From Eledone cirrhosa (lineage: Eukaryota): a stretch of 64,000 nt of DNA. The DNA lies in contig OZ024742.1 of the NCBI GenBank assembly GCA_964016885.1, forward strand, positions 213,218,001 to 213,282,000, read 5' to 3'. The notes beneath the pieces were generated by a model, which was given only the letters and a program-made list of their open reading frames with translations, was not told where the DNA came from and did not search any database. Both the position numbers and the translations under genes were made by a program. Of this stretch, positions 39,355 through 54,049 are shown in pieces (position 1 is the stretch's first letter; each line of letters begins with the position of its first letter).

Positions 39355-42300
39355 GGGTCACCTTCTCAACGACCTCAGGTCACTAAACGTAGGTGTAGTG
39401 GCTATCAGCGAGATCAGAATTTCCAACGCACGAAATTTCGCACACATCTTCGGCGGCTACGAGCTGTACGCATCTTCAAGCCGTCTCGGATTTGGGGGCG
39501 GAATCGATATGCTATTTCGGAAAGGCCTAGATCTTGCAATACGGACCATCTTCCTGGATCCAGAAGGTAAGTTGGTGGTGTTGGACGTGACCAGCAGCGA
39601 AGGCTATGTTTTCAGGCTAGCGGCTGCCTATGCCCCGACAGGGGTGGGGCGGTTTGATTTCTTCAAACGCCTTGAGACCTTTCTAGGAACGTCCCGCTCT
39701 TTAGTGTTAGTGGAGGACTTGAACTGTATATTGGATGCACGCTGCGACTGTGTGGGACTAACAGATAGAGGAGGCGGGTATAAAGGCCTCGCTAATCTGC
39801 TCAAACGCTTTCAACTGTCTGACAGGTACCGACTGGATTTCCCGAATGTGTCAATCTGAACTTGGACAAACTGCATCGCGTCATCTAGATCGTATTTAGA
39901 TGGGGTATTCTGTAGGGAAATTGATAAGTCTAGTATAAGTTTTCCACAATTCAAAGTAGTCGATTACACAGACCACAAATTTGTATTCTATATGGTCAAT
40001 CTAGATAGGCTTCATAAACAGGGAGTTGGGTACTGGAAGCTAAACGCGTCATTCTCGGCGCGCAAAGACTACTAAGACCGGATCAGTATACTAGTTAGGC
40101 GAGCAATCAACAAGAAATGGTGGTTCGACTTAAAAAGGGCTATTAGAGAAGAATCGATAAGGCTTAAATGACTGAGAAAACTAGAGTAGAAGGAGATCTA
40201 ATTAGAAAACTAGAAAAGCAACTTGCTAAAGGCATCACAGCCAACATGCTCGCGACCAGATTGGTTGTGGATCAATTCTTCAATGCTAAGCAACAAGGCT
40301 GCATTGTCAGAGAAAAAGCGCGTGATCTTGGGGACGAGATCCGAGTGGCAGAGGTGAGGCGTGGCAACAAAGCCATAATCCGATCTTTGGAGGACCACGA
40401 CGGGCGCATGGTACTGATCCTAAGCAGATGTGCGAGGTCTTTCAGCAACACTTCACTCAATTGTTCGGGAGCGGTGGCGGGTCGGACCGATGGATGGATT
40501 CCAGAGTCTACCTCGATGGCCTACCACGGCTCTCGGTGAGGCAGGTGAAGTGTTGCGAAAATACAGTAACAGACGAGGAAATATGGGATGTACAGGCAAG
40601 CTGCAGGAGGGGCATATCACCTGACTTAGATGGTCTAGCCTACGAGCTTTAGACAAACATGCCACACAAGTTCGGCGACAGCTTACCACATGTCTACGCC
40701 AACTGGTAGCAGAACGGAAGGATTCCCTGTTCTGTGAGTCGAGGCGCGGCAGCGCTGCTGAGAAAGGACCCGAACAAGGGGGACCATATAGAAAATTTCA
40801 GGCCCATAAACTTTCTAAACGCAGAGTTTGAATTTTTGGCCAAAGTATTAGCAACGAGGTTGGCACTTGTCATCGATGATCTGTTAGAAGAGGCGCAAAC
40901 GTGCACCATTCCGGACAGGTCCATCCACGACAACCTCTACCTCATGCGATACATCATAGAGAGGGTGGCTAAGAAACCTGGCATTGGTGGGGCTCTGATT
41001 AATTTAGATCCATTAAAAGCCTTCGATAGGGTCGACCATCGCTACCTTGCGACTGTCGTCAAAGCAGCAGGCTTTGGATACGTTTTCAGGAGCTGGATCG
41101 CTGCAATGTACTGCGACATGTGTTCTGTGGTTAGAGTGAACGGTCACCTTTCGAAACCATTCAGCATCATGCGCTCAGTTCGCCAAGGTTAACTTCCTTC
41201 GTCCCTTCTATTTGTATTGACTCTTGAGTCATTACAACACAAACTGAAGACATGGAAGGGCATTCCGCGTGAACTAGGATATGGGAGATCCGTGTCGTCA
41301 TATGCCGACGACGTCACCGTAATGGCGTTGAGCGGCAAACGCATTGAGATTATCGACATCACTCTCGAAGCGGTAACAGGAGCAAAAATCAACCAGAAAA
41401 AGTCGATAAGCCTGCAGCTCGGCACTTGGAGATGCAGGCCCATGTTGTCCAACAGTGTCGTCGGGAGCTGGACAGACGGACCGGTTAAATTACTCGGAGT
41501 CTGGTTTGAACCGTACCTCCAGGTGGACAAAAACTGCAACGAGTTAACGTTCAAGGTGGCTTCTTTCACCCAGAAATGGCCAGAGAGGAAACTATCCTTG
41601 AAAGGCCGGGCAGAGGTGGAGAACACGTACATCGCGTCCGTCATCTACTACCACCTGATTATCGTGCCTTGTACTAAGCCTAGCGTGACTGCACTGTAGC
41701 GTCTGCTCTTTCACTTTTTGTGGAAGGGACGCATTCCAATTGGCAGGAGGTCCATCTGCTGTCAACACCCGCTACCTGGAAGGTTGGACATGCGCTCAGG
41801 CTACAGCATCTCCATCTCTTCCTTGGCAGTGAATAGGTGTGTTCAGTGTTAGACACGTTTTCCCCCAGCTTGTCTCCTTGACAGAGCTGCAATCCTGGGT
41901 CAAGCGAAGACCGAGAGGAAGCGTTTGGAGACTGGAAGGTCCTCAGGCGTTCACAGCCCTCGACCAGTCAGGTGCTGGATAGGTGGAAACTTCACCTTGG
42001 CGTTCTATAGAAGATTATTGGAGGGAAAGAGCGAAGGCGTCCTTGGGGAGATTTTTGGTGTCGATGAAAATAAACTAGCCAATCTCTTCGGGAAAACCTT
42101 CGCGCCAGGGACCATGAGCAACTTCCAAAAATCTCTGGCGTGGCAGTGCAACCGAAGAGCTTTGTCAGTTCGGGATAAACTCTACAGGCATGGAAGTGCC
42201 GTCAATCGGGCCTGTTCGAGATGCGCGCAGGGCGACGAAATTGTCTAGCACGCACTCATTGAGTGTCCGAATATTGCTGACATGTTGGGTTATGTCGAGC

Positions 42301-42895
42301 ACCTGCTGTTACGTGTAGGACGGATCTGACTATCAACTGAGTCCATTGTGGAGATCGCCCCACCGTCCTCCTTTAGAGAGGAAGGACAGGCAGTTTTTAT
42401 CTGCCTGGTGGCCATGGAAAAAGAGGTCGTGCGGTGGATGCGCTTGAAAGGGTTGAAGACAGCCATCTTCCTCTTTGGTGAAGCCCTGATTAACTTTTTT
42501 AGATTTCACTTGAAGAGGAAAATCAGTGTAGAGAGGGGAGTGCTGCCTTCCAACCAGTTTGTTGAAAGGACGGTGAAAGTGGCGAGCATGGTCCGTGTAA
42601 ATGGGCCTGCCTTGAGCATATGTCAGTAGATTATAGTAGAAAGACTGGGAGAGGACACTTTGCCCTAGCGAACAGGGTAACAGTGGCCTTTGTGAGATTT
42701 CTACACGAGTGATCCTTAGAGTCTCCTCAACTTTGGGGAAGTTGTTATGTTTGTTTTAAAATAATTTATTTTCTTAGTCTCTTTTATACATTTTATTTTA
42801 CACTAAGAAAAACCCACAGTACAACGTCCTGTATCGTCTTTAATGTTTCCTTAATGTCAGCCCGGTGTGGCTATTAAAAAAATCATTATTATTCT
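39355..42895 (+). mobile_element. Tx1/L1-clade LINE ORF2 (APE endonuclease and RT), 5'-truncated, decayed
   Basis: AISEIRI..AYAP..EDLNCILD; NFRPINFLNAE; KAFDRVDH; SVRQG; YADDVT; CSRC; 3' tail with ATT repeats. Confidence 0.92.
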
Positions 42896-42909
42896 ACATC
42901 GTAATCCTA

Positions 42910-43114
42910 GTTGGATTGGCAGTATCGGTAGAGCGTCGGACAACATGCTTTTAGGTCAGAGGTTTACGACCCTTTACCACCTGAGTTCAAATCCTGCCGT
43001 AGTTGGCTTTGCTCTTCATCCTTACGGGGTCGGTAAAATAAAGTAACACTCGATTTAATCGACTTTTCCCTCCCCCAAAATTGTTGGCTTTGTGCCTAAA
43101 TCAGAAACAAATAT
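42910..43114 (+). mobile_element. SINE family A directly after the Tx1 tail
   Basis: Head, B box, core, tail. Confidence 0.85.
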
Positions 43115-44655
43115 TTTAATACGTTTTGAAAATATGAAGAAGTGTGAAGATAAATTCACCATAATCATTGTTGAAATATTTAGTACATTTTAAAAACAAA
43201 ACATATTGAAAATAAATTTATTTTATTCATCCTAAAATTTATCAAAATTGCAGTTTTTTTAAAGAAATGAGTTGCAATTGTTGTTTTAGAAGCGATCGTC
43301 ACGTTGTTTATATCTGCTGAGATGTCTGCTGTTTAATTTAAAGGCCACTGCAGCACTAGAACGCCTAACCAGTATCCCAAATTGATCCTTGACTTTATAA
43401 GACGACGGGTGATTTTCTGGGACATTTGTTTTAAAAAAAGTGTTTCTTATAAGCCGTCAAATACAGTATATATATATATATATATATATATATACTTAGG
43501 GTAAATATTGATGCAATTCAATTCAAGCACTCAACGTACTTATTCCACATAGGAGTAACGGAGTAAATATCGAATAAGGAAAAGCGAAGTAGTTTCAGAT
43601 GTTCAAGTCTTTTAATAATAATTGTTTCTACTTTTGGCACAAGGCCAGCAATTACGCAGTGCGTTACTGGTAGTTTTAATAATAGTGTCTTTTAATAATA
43701 ATGCTGTGATATATATTACAATGGCGACTGTGGCCACACTGTTCCGTGCGCCAGTGCCGCGACATCGTCAGACAGCGTGTTACATAATAAGGTTATGTTT
43801 CCGAGGCAATCCAAATTGAATCGACATGGGAATGGACGAAGTGTGTGCTCTTGGGTTCTTAGTCCGTTCCCTTGTGAGTACCAATTCACCCCCACCGGTC
43901 TGCGCAGGCGCAGGTCCGAAGGAAGTTGACCATTAGCTACCGCAGATTTCAACGAAATTCGCCTAATCAGTTCTCCCTCTCAACCAAACAATAACCCATT
44001 CAGGCCTGTTATATATAGCTTACTTCTAGCCACCCCGTCTGTGGCGGTCAGCCGAAAGCCAGTGGGGATGGGAGAGTGTGAGTATCAATAGGTCTCAATA
44101 CTACTCCTCATTAAGCATGGACAGTATAATTGACCATCAACCTCTAAGAGAAAATATACTTAATTCTAGGTATCATGGTTTCACAGTGGAAGTTATGAAT
44201 GAGAGTTGGAAATTAGAACTAAAAATTAAAAATTAAAAATCGAAAATCAGAAATCAAATACTAAAAATTAAAAATTAAAAATTAATAATTAAAAATTAAA
44301 AAATTTTACAAGTGAGAATCTAGATTGAGGTGAGTAAAAAAGATATAGATTGAAGTGAGTAAATAATATATTCACCTATACTATCTACTACGTAGGGAGA
44401 TGTTTAAGTAAGAAGTTTTGAAAGGGGTATTAATGTTACAGTTATATTATCTACATACTGAACGATAGTACCGTACAGTAGAATAGAGGGACACAAACAA
44501 GAGATGGACATTTTCCCTTCATCAGTTGTCTACTACGGGTCACAGATGTTTCAGCGCATTATAGACAATACATCTATCCGTAGCGCGCCCATAGCTTTTT
44601 ATCTATAAAAAATAGGAAAGAATGTTTACATAAAAATATATTATATAAATATAAT

Positions 44656-44728
<73 letters not shown>

Positions 44729-45375
44729 GTGTTGGTGCGTATGTGCGTGTATATTTACATACACATATTTGTATTAATTGTATCACTCTCTCTTTATATA
44801 TATATATGTGTGTGTGTGCGTGTGTGTGTATTTTTGGAGAGAGAGGTGTGTGAGATAGGGGCAGGTTAATTGAAAGATGGATACGCAGACAAGTATATAA
44901 ATATAAAATGAGTATGTGGAGATAAAAGGTGTAGAAAGGCCAATTGGTTAAAATATCAAACGAGTAACGTGTAACATCCAGAGATTTTATCTTAACCAAA
45001 AATGATGAATTGTTTGACGTTATCTATCTTGGTATATCTTCGTTGGCAATGAAATCCATTATATTATTAATTGTAGATGTCTTGTATGGGAAATTTGGAA
45101 TGTTTTTCGTTTAACTAATGTTATGACACTAGGGCATTCAGTCAGTCTCAGCCCATTTATCATTAAACTATTGACACTGCTGGCTCGAAATCCTATTTGA
45201 AAGGTGTAATAGAAGAGGAAAGACATACAATCACGTGCCATAACTGTATGACAGATTTAGCTTCTCGTGAAGCTTACAGCACATTTCTCAGCTCAGCCTC
45301 TATATTTTTTCACTCTTTATTCCTACATTCTTAAGTGAAAGAAGTAGGCTACAATGGTCGTTCAACTTGCTAAAA

Positions 45376-45583
45376 TTACTAGCCAGATTTCCCTTGAATC
45401 CTTCACTTCTGTTTCACTCTCGTTGCCTTGATCGCCGAGAGCTTCTTATCAAAATGATTGGTCTTCCTCGCTACGGGGGAATTATTAATTATCTAATTAA
45501 TTATATTTCTTGGCTCACTACATTATTTTGTTAAAAGTGTTTCTATTTGTTTTCCTCCAGTCCTTATTTTAAATCATAGGCAC

Positions 45584-45646
<63 letters not shown>

Positions 45647-45778
45647 ATTTAGTACAGCATCAACGAAGCCATGGTTGCAGCTAAGCTAACGAATGCAGTT
45701 TCGGTGTGCAGCTAAGCACTCGATATATAATTATATATATATATATCAAGTGCTTAGCTGCACACCGAAACTGCATTT

Positions 45779-45826
<48 letters not shown>

Positions 45827-46069
45827 TATAGTGGTGCCTATGATTTAAAATAAGGACTGGAGGAAAACAAATAGAAACACTTTTAACAAAATAATGTAGT
45901 GAGCCAAGAAATATAATTAATTAGATAATTAATATTACCCCCGTAGCGAGGAAGACCAATCATTTTGATAAGAAGCTCTCGGCGATCAATCAACGAGAGT
46001 GAAACAGAAGTTAAGGATTCAAGGGAAATCTGGCTAGTAAGTGCAGTTTCGGTGTGCAGCTAAGCACTC
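45376..46069. repeat. Nested inverted repeats around (TA)n
   Basis: 45376-45590 / 45827-46040; inner about 45692-45727 / 45742-45777; third inner copy 46042-46069. Confidence 0.9.
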
Positions 46070-46078
46070 TCCCTCCCT

Positions 46079-47760
<1,682 letters not shown>

Positions 47761-47841
47761 TTATAGCATACTCTGCTCTGTAAGAACATAGAGTGCTCAA
47801 CCGGCATATCGCCTATGGAAGCATCTTAGCTACCATCAGAC

Positions 47842-47891
<50 letters not shown>

Positions 47892-47910
47892 GCACATGTA
47901 TATATATATA

Positions 47911-48038
47911 TATTAAGACAGGGTGGAAGAAAAAATGGCTTCACTTGTGCTTTCAACAAATTTATTTTCTTCACGTGAAGAAAATAAATTTGTTGAAAGC
48001 ACAAGTGAAGCCATTTTTTCTTCCCCCCTGTCTTAATA
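47911..48038. repeat. 128-bp spacerless palindrome
   Basis: 64-bp arms centred at 47974/47975 (TTCAC|GTGAA), one mismatch. Confidence 0.95.
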
Positions 48039-48104
48039 TACCTAACCAAGGATTACACACATTTTCCAATATATATATATATATATATATTAATTATATA
48101 TATA

Positions 48105-48462
48105 TGTTTTTAATTAAACATACAGTATATTGCCAAATATACTATACGTACATTAATGCACACATCGCTATTTTAGAGCACCAATACTAATACCTAATTT
48201 TTATGGACCAGCAACTGCTCCGTTAAATCAGCTATTAAATGTTACTGAAATTCTATAAGAATCCAGCCTTCTATAATTTTCGGTGAAGGTGTCTGGTCTT
48301 CATAAACGCCAACAAGCTATAAACAGAATGTCGATCACTCTCCCTTTGATTTTGCCGAAAATAAGTAAGTGACATAGGCACTACTTTAAAAGTCATAGCG
48401 AATGGTCTTCAAAATCTTTTTAATTAAACATACAGTTTATTGCCAAATATACTATACATACA

Positions 48463-48466
<4 letters not shown>
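48105..48466 (+). repeat. Partial tandem of an about 310-bp unit related to the HHR element at 4208-4447
   Basis: TTTTTAATTAAACATACAG..GCCAAATATACTATAC recurs at about 48107 and 48417; decayed HHR at about 48295-48336. Confidence 0.75.
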
Positions 48467-48545
<79 letters not shown>

Positions 48546-48669
48546 TGTTTGGCCTTTAACGTTTGTTATAGCTCTGGTTTATCTGAATCATTGAGCACTT
48601 GCCTCACATCTCGGAGGTTGTTTTTCGTTATTTCGTGGGCCGAAATGCGAATCTCGATAATTTATGTTT

Positions 48670-48713
<44 letters not shown>

Positions 48714-48753
48714 ATACTTTGGGAGGGTCATGTTGCCAACAAATTCAGAAACG

Positions 48754-48789
<36 letters not shown>

Positions 48790-48841
48790 ATATATATATA
48801 TACTATGGGTGAAACCTATAGTAACTGGACGTTACATTCAC

Positions 48842-48913
<72 letters not shown>

Positions 48914-49019
48914 TAGTGAATTTAACGTCCGGTTACTATAGGTTTCACCCAAGTGAGCACTCGATGCGTAGTTTCCAGTCGGTAAAGACGTGTAGAATTA
49001 AGCAGAGTGTAATAATAAT

Positions 49020-52000
49020 AATAATGGTTTCATTTATTGGCCACAAGGCCACCGCCTCGTATTCTCTTAGTGTAGTGCCGATCGCCTTGATGTGTTTGGC
49101 ATTCGACACCACTACGGTGACATCGTCAGCATATGCTGACACGGTTTTCCAGCATCCTAGTTCGCGGAGACACCCCTCAACGTCTCCAGTTTCTGCAGAG
49201 TGTCAATACGTACAACAGGGACGAGGGGGGGGGGGCATTCTTGGTGGACCGAGCGCATGATGTTGAACGGTTCCGTACGGTAACCGTTCACTCTCACCAC
49301 GGAGCAGATGTCGCTGTGCATGGCAGCCATCCAGCTTCTGAAAACCGGCCCAAAGCCGGCCGCCCTCAGGACCGCCGACAGATAACGATGGTCGACCCTA
49401 TCGAAAGCTTTCGACTGATCTAAATTGATCAACGCGCCTCCTGTGCCAGGTTCGTTAGCTACCCTCTCCACGATGTACGCATGAGGCGGAAGTGGTCGTG
49501 GATGGATCTGTCTGGAATGGCGCATGTCTGCGCCTCTCCCATCAGACCACCGACAAGCGCCTACCTCTTTGCTAGTACCTTGGCTAAAATCTTGAACTCA
49601 GCGTTTAGCACAGTTATGGGTCTGAAATTATCTATCTTGTTCGGGTCCTTTCTCAGCAGCGCTACCGCTCTTCGGTTCACAGAGCTGGGAATTTTCCCGT
49701 TCTGCTGCCAGTTGCAGTAGACGTCCGGCATGAGATCGCCGAACAAGTCTAGGAGGCCATTGTGCAGTCAGTCATTGCTTCCCGTATTTCAGCGGCTGTT
49801 ATCGGCTTTTCGCAAAACTCCGCCTCAGTGGCCGAGAGCCGCGGCAGTCCATCGAGGGAGGCGCTAAAGTCCATCCTGCGATCCGACCCACCACTGCCCC
49901 TGAACAGCTGAGTGAAGTGTCGCTGAAAAGCTGCACACATTTGCTCGGTTCCAGTAACATGCGCCCGTCGTGGTCCTCCAAAGACCGGATCGTGACTTTA
50001 TTGCCACGACGCGCCTCCGTCATTCAGGCCCATGGAACGGCTTTTGTCCCCTCGTTTCTGAGAGCACGCGCCCTAGCTCTGACAATGCAGCCTTCGTGCT
50101 TTGCGCTGGTCGAGGTCCAATTTCGCCGCAAGCACGTCGGTCGCGATGCCTTTATTAAGCGCCTCGTCTAATATTCTAACTAGTTCTCCTTCTGCTCTGT
50201 TTTTCTCTATTGCTAAGGCCTTACTAAACCTAATGGACTCCTTTCTAATCGCACTTTTCAGGGCGTACCACCATCTGTTGTTGACGATTGCCCCCATCAA
50301 CGCCTGCTTAACTTGTTCGCTAATCCGGTCTTTGTAGGCTTTGTGCGTTGTCAATGACGCGTTTAGCTTCCAGTAGCCGGGTCCCCTGTGAAGCCTATCT
50401 AAGTCGACCACACAGGTCACGAATTTGTGGTCTGTGAAGTCGACTATTTTGAATTGTGGACAACCTATGTTAGAAATATCTATTTCCTTACAAAATACCC
50501 TATCTAGATGACACCATACGGTTTGTCCATGTCCACAATGCCACATTCAGGAAATCCAGTCGGTACCTGTCAGACAGTTGGAAACATCTCAGCAGGTTTG
50601 CGAAGCTTTTACACCCTCCTTCCCTATCTACTAAACCCACACAATCGCAGCGTACATCCAAGATCCCGTTATCGACCACTAACATTAAAGAGCGGGACAT
50701 TCCTAGGAAGGTCTCCAGTCACCTGAAGAAATTCAAGACGTCCTGCCCGTCGGGGCATAAACAGCCACTAGTCTAAATGCATAGCCTTCGCTGCTAGTCA
50801 CGTCCAGCACCACCGACTTACCTTCTGGGTCCAGGAAGATGGTCCGTATCACGACATCCAGGCCTCTCCGAAACAACAAAGCGACACCGCCTCCCGATCC
50901 CTGCCGGCTTGGAGATGCGTACACATCGTAACCACCGAAGATTGGTGCGAAGGCATGTGCCTCGGAAATTCTGGTCTCGCTGATGGCCACCACATCTATG
51001 TTCATTGACCTGAGGTCGTTAAGCAGGTGACTCTGCTTCCATGACGACCCCAGTCCACGCGCATTTATGCTGCTTATTCTGAGTAAGGTCATGTTGAAAA
51101 GGAGTGGAAAAAGATGGGAAAGACCATTTACCTCACTTCTTGTGAGTCCTTCTGACTGCTTGTGTCCCCCTCCGGAAGGATGTCCTTATAAATCCTCCTG
51201 GAAAGTGTTTGCCGGAAGTCTCCGATGACCTTGGGGAATTTTAATTTTAGTGTTGTGTATGTTTTCTGTGTGGTACGCGTGATTTGTATGTGTGTGGGTG
51301 GCGCGAATTTTGGGGTGTTGTATAGTCTTTTTCTGTGATGCTGGTGTTGTGTTGGATGTAGTGTAATAATTGGTTGTTGTTCAAGTTTAATGCTGTGTAG
51401 TGTGTATCGGTTTGATTGCGTGGTTTTGTTTGCGTCTGTTGTGACTTTGTTTCTGTTTCGCTTGTTGGTATTTTTTGTGGCGTTGATGATGTTCACGGTG
51501 TTGGTGTTTGTGGTGATGCTGGTATGGGTGGTGGCGTAGCTGTCTTAACTTTTTCGTTTATTTGTTTGTTTGTTTGGCCCTGTATTTTGTTTTTGGAGGG
51601 CGAAGGAAAATGATTTTTCTTTTTTGGTTTCTTTTTTTCCAGATACAGTTTCCCACCCCTCCTCCTCGTCACAATCTGTCTTCAGTTGTGAGAGGTCAGG
51701 GAGTGAAATGTCCTCCACAGGCATTAGTGTTGGTTGTGGCGTGGTGGATGGTGGAGGCGCTGATGCTACCTCTGACGCGGTGGTGGTGTTGGTCTTGCTA
51801 CTGTTGCTGCTACAGTTGCCGCTACAGTTGCTGCTGTCGTTGCTGCCATTTCTGCTGCTGGTTTTGATGGTTGAGTCGCTGGGGTGGGCAGGAGGGGTGG
51901 TCTCAACATTTTAGCCATCCCCAGAGGGCAGAAGGCCTTTAAGTGGGTTCCCTCACCACAAACGACACACCTAGGCCTTCTACCTTCAACGATTACGGTG

Positions 52001-53310
52001 AGGCGGCTGCTGTCATCGAGGTCTATCACCTTTGGAATCTCTTGGCTGTTTTTTGGTCCGCTTGGACCAAGAGCTCCATTCCAGATCCGGACCAGTTTTG
52101 CTGTTTTATTCTAATCATCTCGATTACTTTTGTGTCGGCCTAGATGTCGGCGAGGACGGCAGCCATCAGCCAGGGAATTTCAAGGGCGGGCGGAACTTTG
52201 GTCACTCTGATTCTTACAAGCCTCTGTCCACAGTAGCTTGGGACGAGTGTGAACTCGTCACTTTTTAATGAGGCCATGGAGTGCTCTCCTGTGTCCTGTG
52301 GGGTTCCAAAGAACACGTCCACGGTTCCATATCTTTGTCCACGTCTGATATGGCTTACCTCCATTGTTCGTACCTCCTGACTTAACCTCAATCGTTTCGT
52401 TTTTGTTCGCCGCTTTAAGAAAAGGCACATTTGGTTTTGCGCTGGTGTTGGTGTTGTTGTTCTTATTCTTACTGCTGTTGTTGTTGTTATTGTTATTTTT
52501 GTTATTATTATTTTTTGTTTCAGGGCGGTGGATTGGCAGTATCGGTGGAGGGTCGGACGCCATGCTTTGCAGCAAAGAGTTACGGCCATTTATGATCTGA
52601 GTTCAAATCCCGCCGAGGTTAACTTTGCCTTTCATCCTTATGGGGTCGATAAAATAAAGTACCAGTAATACACTGGGATAATTGCTGGCCTTGTGCCAAA
52701 AGTAGAAACAATTATTTTTTGTTTCAGTTGTTGTTGTGGTGGTGTCACTGGCGTTCGATGTGGAAGAATCCATTTTGGGAGAATCCATTTTGATATCACG
52801 AGATCATTTTTTTGTTTCAGTTGTTGCTGTGGTAGTGGTGGTGGTATCAGTCATGTTGGATGTATTCTTTGACATTGTGGTGGTGGAGATGGCGGCTTTA
52901 ACACCTGTAGACATTCGTAAGGGCAGGAAGTCTGCACGTAGCAATCCTTGGTGACTGCTATTGCTGCTGCTGCTGTTAGCGAAAACGCAATCGGTCTTGG
53001 TAACTGTAGCAAGGCTCATAATGGTGCTAGTTGCGAGTGGTGTGTATGTTAGAGTTGCTGTCACGAGACAGCTGGATAGATTTGGGTAAGCGAATGTCGT
53101 CCATATTTTTTTTGAAAAAAATTGTTTGTTTGACAAAATAAAGTTTAGATTTTGGGCTCAAGGCCCCAATATTATTGAGAGTCCTTTTCAGAAAGCAATA
53201 TATATGAACTTATAAACACTTAACAACAAAAACCTTCCATAACTGGCAATTCGAAACAACTGAAAACAACAAACATTTGTGGAGCTCACGATAATACGAT
53301 TTCTTACGTT
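49020..53310 (-). mobile_element. Tx1/L1-clade LINE with ORF1 and ORF2, decayed; distal ORF2 missing
   Basis: ORF2 start MTLLRISSINARGL..VAISETRI; GPGYWKLNASL; DQSKAFDRVDH; YADDVT; ORF1 CCHC knuckle CVVCGEGTHLKAFC. Confidence 0.92.
52523..52715 (+). mobile_element. SINE family A inserted in Tx1 ORF1 with about 17-bp TSD
   Basis: ATTATTTTTTGTTTCAG at 52507-52523 and 52711-52727. Confidence 0.92.
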
Positions 53311-53317
53311 AGTCACC

Positions 53318-53875
53318 AATAATGATTTCTAGTATAGGCACAAGGCCAGTGGGGAGGGGAAAGTCGATTAAATCGACGCCAGTACGTTTCTGGTGCTTTA
53401 TTTTATCGACGCCGTAAGGATGAAAGACAAAGTTAACCTCGGTGGATTTGAACTCAGGACGTAAAGGGTCATAACTCTATGCTGCAAAGCATGGTGTCTG
53501 ACGCTCTTCCGATACTGCCGAACCACCGCCCTCTATTAACAATAATAATAGTAATAATAATTGTTTCTACTTTTGGCACAAGGCCAGCAGTTATCCCAGT
53601 GTATTACTGGTACTTTATTTTATCGACCCCGTAAGGATGAAAGGCAAAGTTAACCTCGACCTTTCATCCTTAGTAATAATCAATAATTGTTTCTACTTTT
53701 GGCACAAGACCATCAATTATTCCAGTGTATTACTGGTACTTTATTTTATCGACCCCGTAAGGATGAAAGGCAAAGTTAACCTCGGCGGGATTTTAACTCA
53801 GAATGGCAAGGGCCGTAACTCTATGCGTCAAAGCATGGCGTCCGACCCTCTACCGATACTGCCAATTCACCGCCC
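53318..53875 (-). mobile_element. Three tandem SINE family A copies
   Basis: 53318-53531, 53553-53660 (truncated), 53682-53875. Confidence 0.9.
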
Positions 53876-54049
53876 AATAAGTAATAATTAATAATGGTTT
53901 CTAATAATGATAATGCTTTCTTTATTAACCACAAGGGTTGACACAAAGTATAACATTAAGGACAGTACAGGACGGTACAAATGGACATTTCTGCGTGTAA
54001 ACATATACATCTAACAAAACAAAGAATGTAACAACAAAATAATAATAAT

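Noticed and set aside
43725-43777. Minus-strand CTGACGA..GGAA motif
   Set aside because: Core mutated and no stem I pairing
44505-44530. CTGATGAAGG motifs here (-) and near 58707 (+)
   Set aside because: No downstream GAAA or stem III
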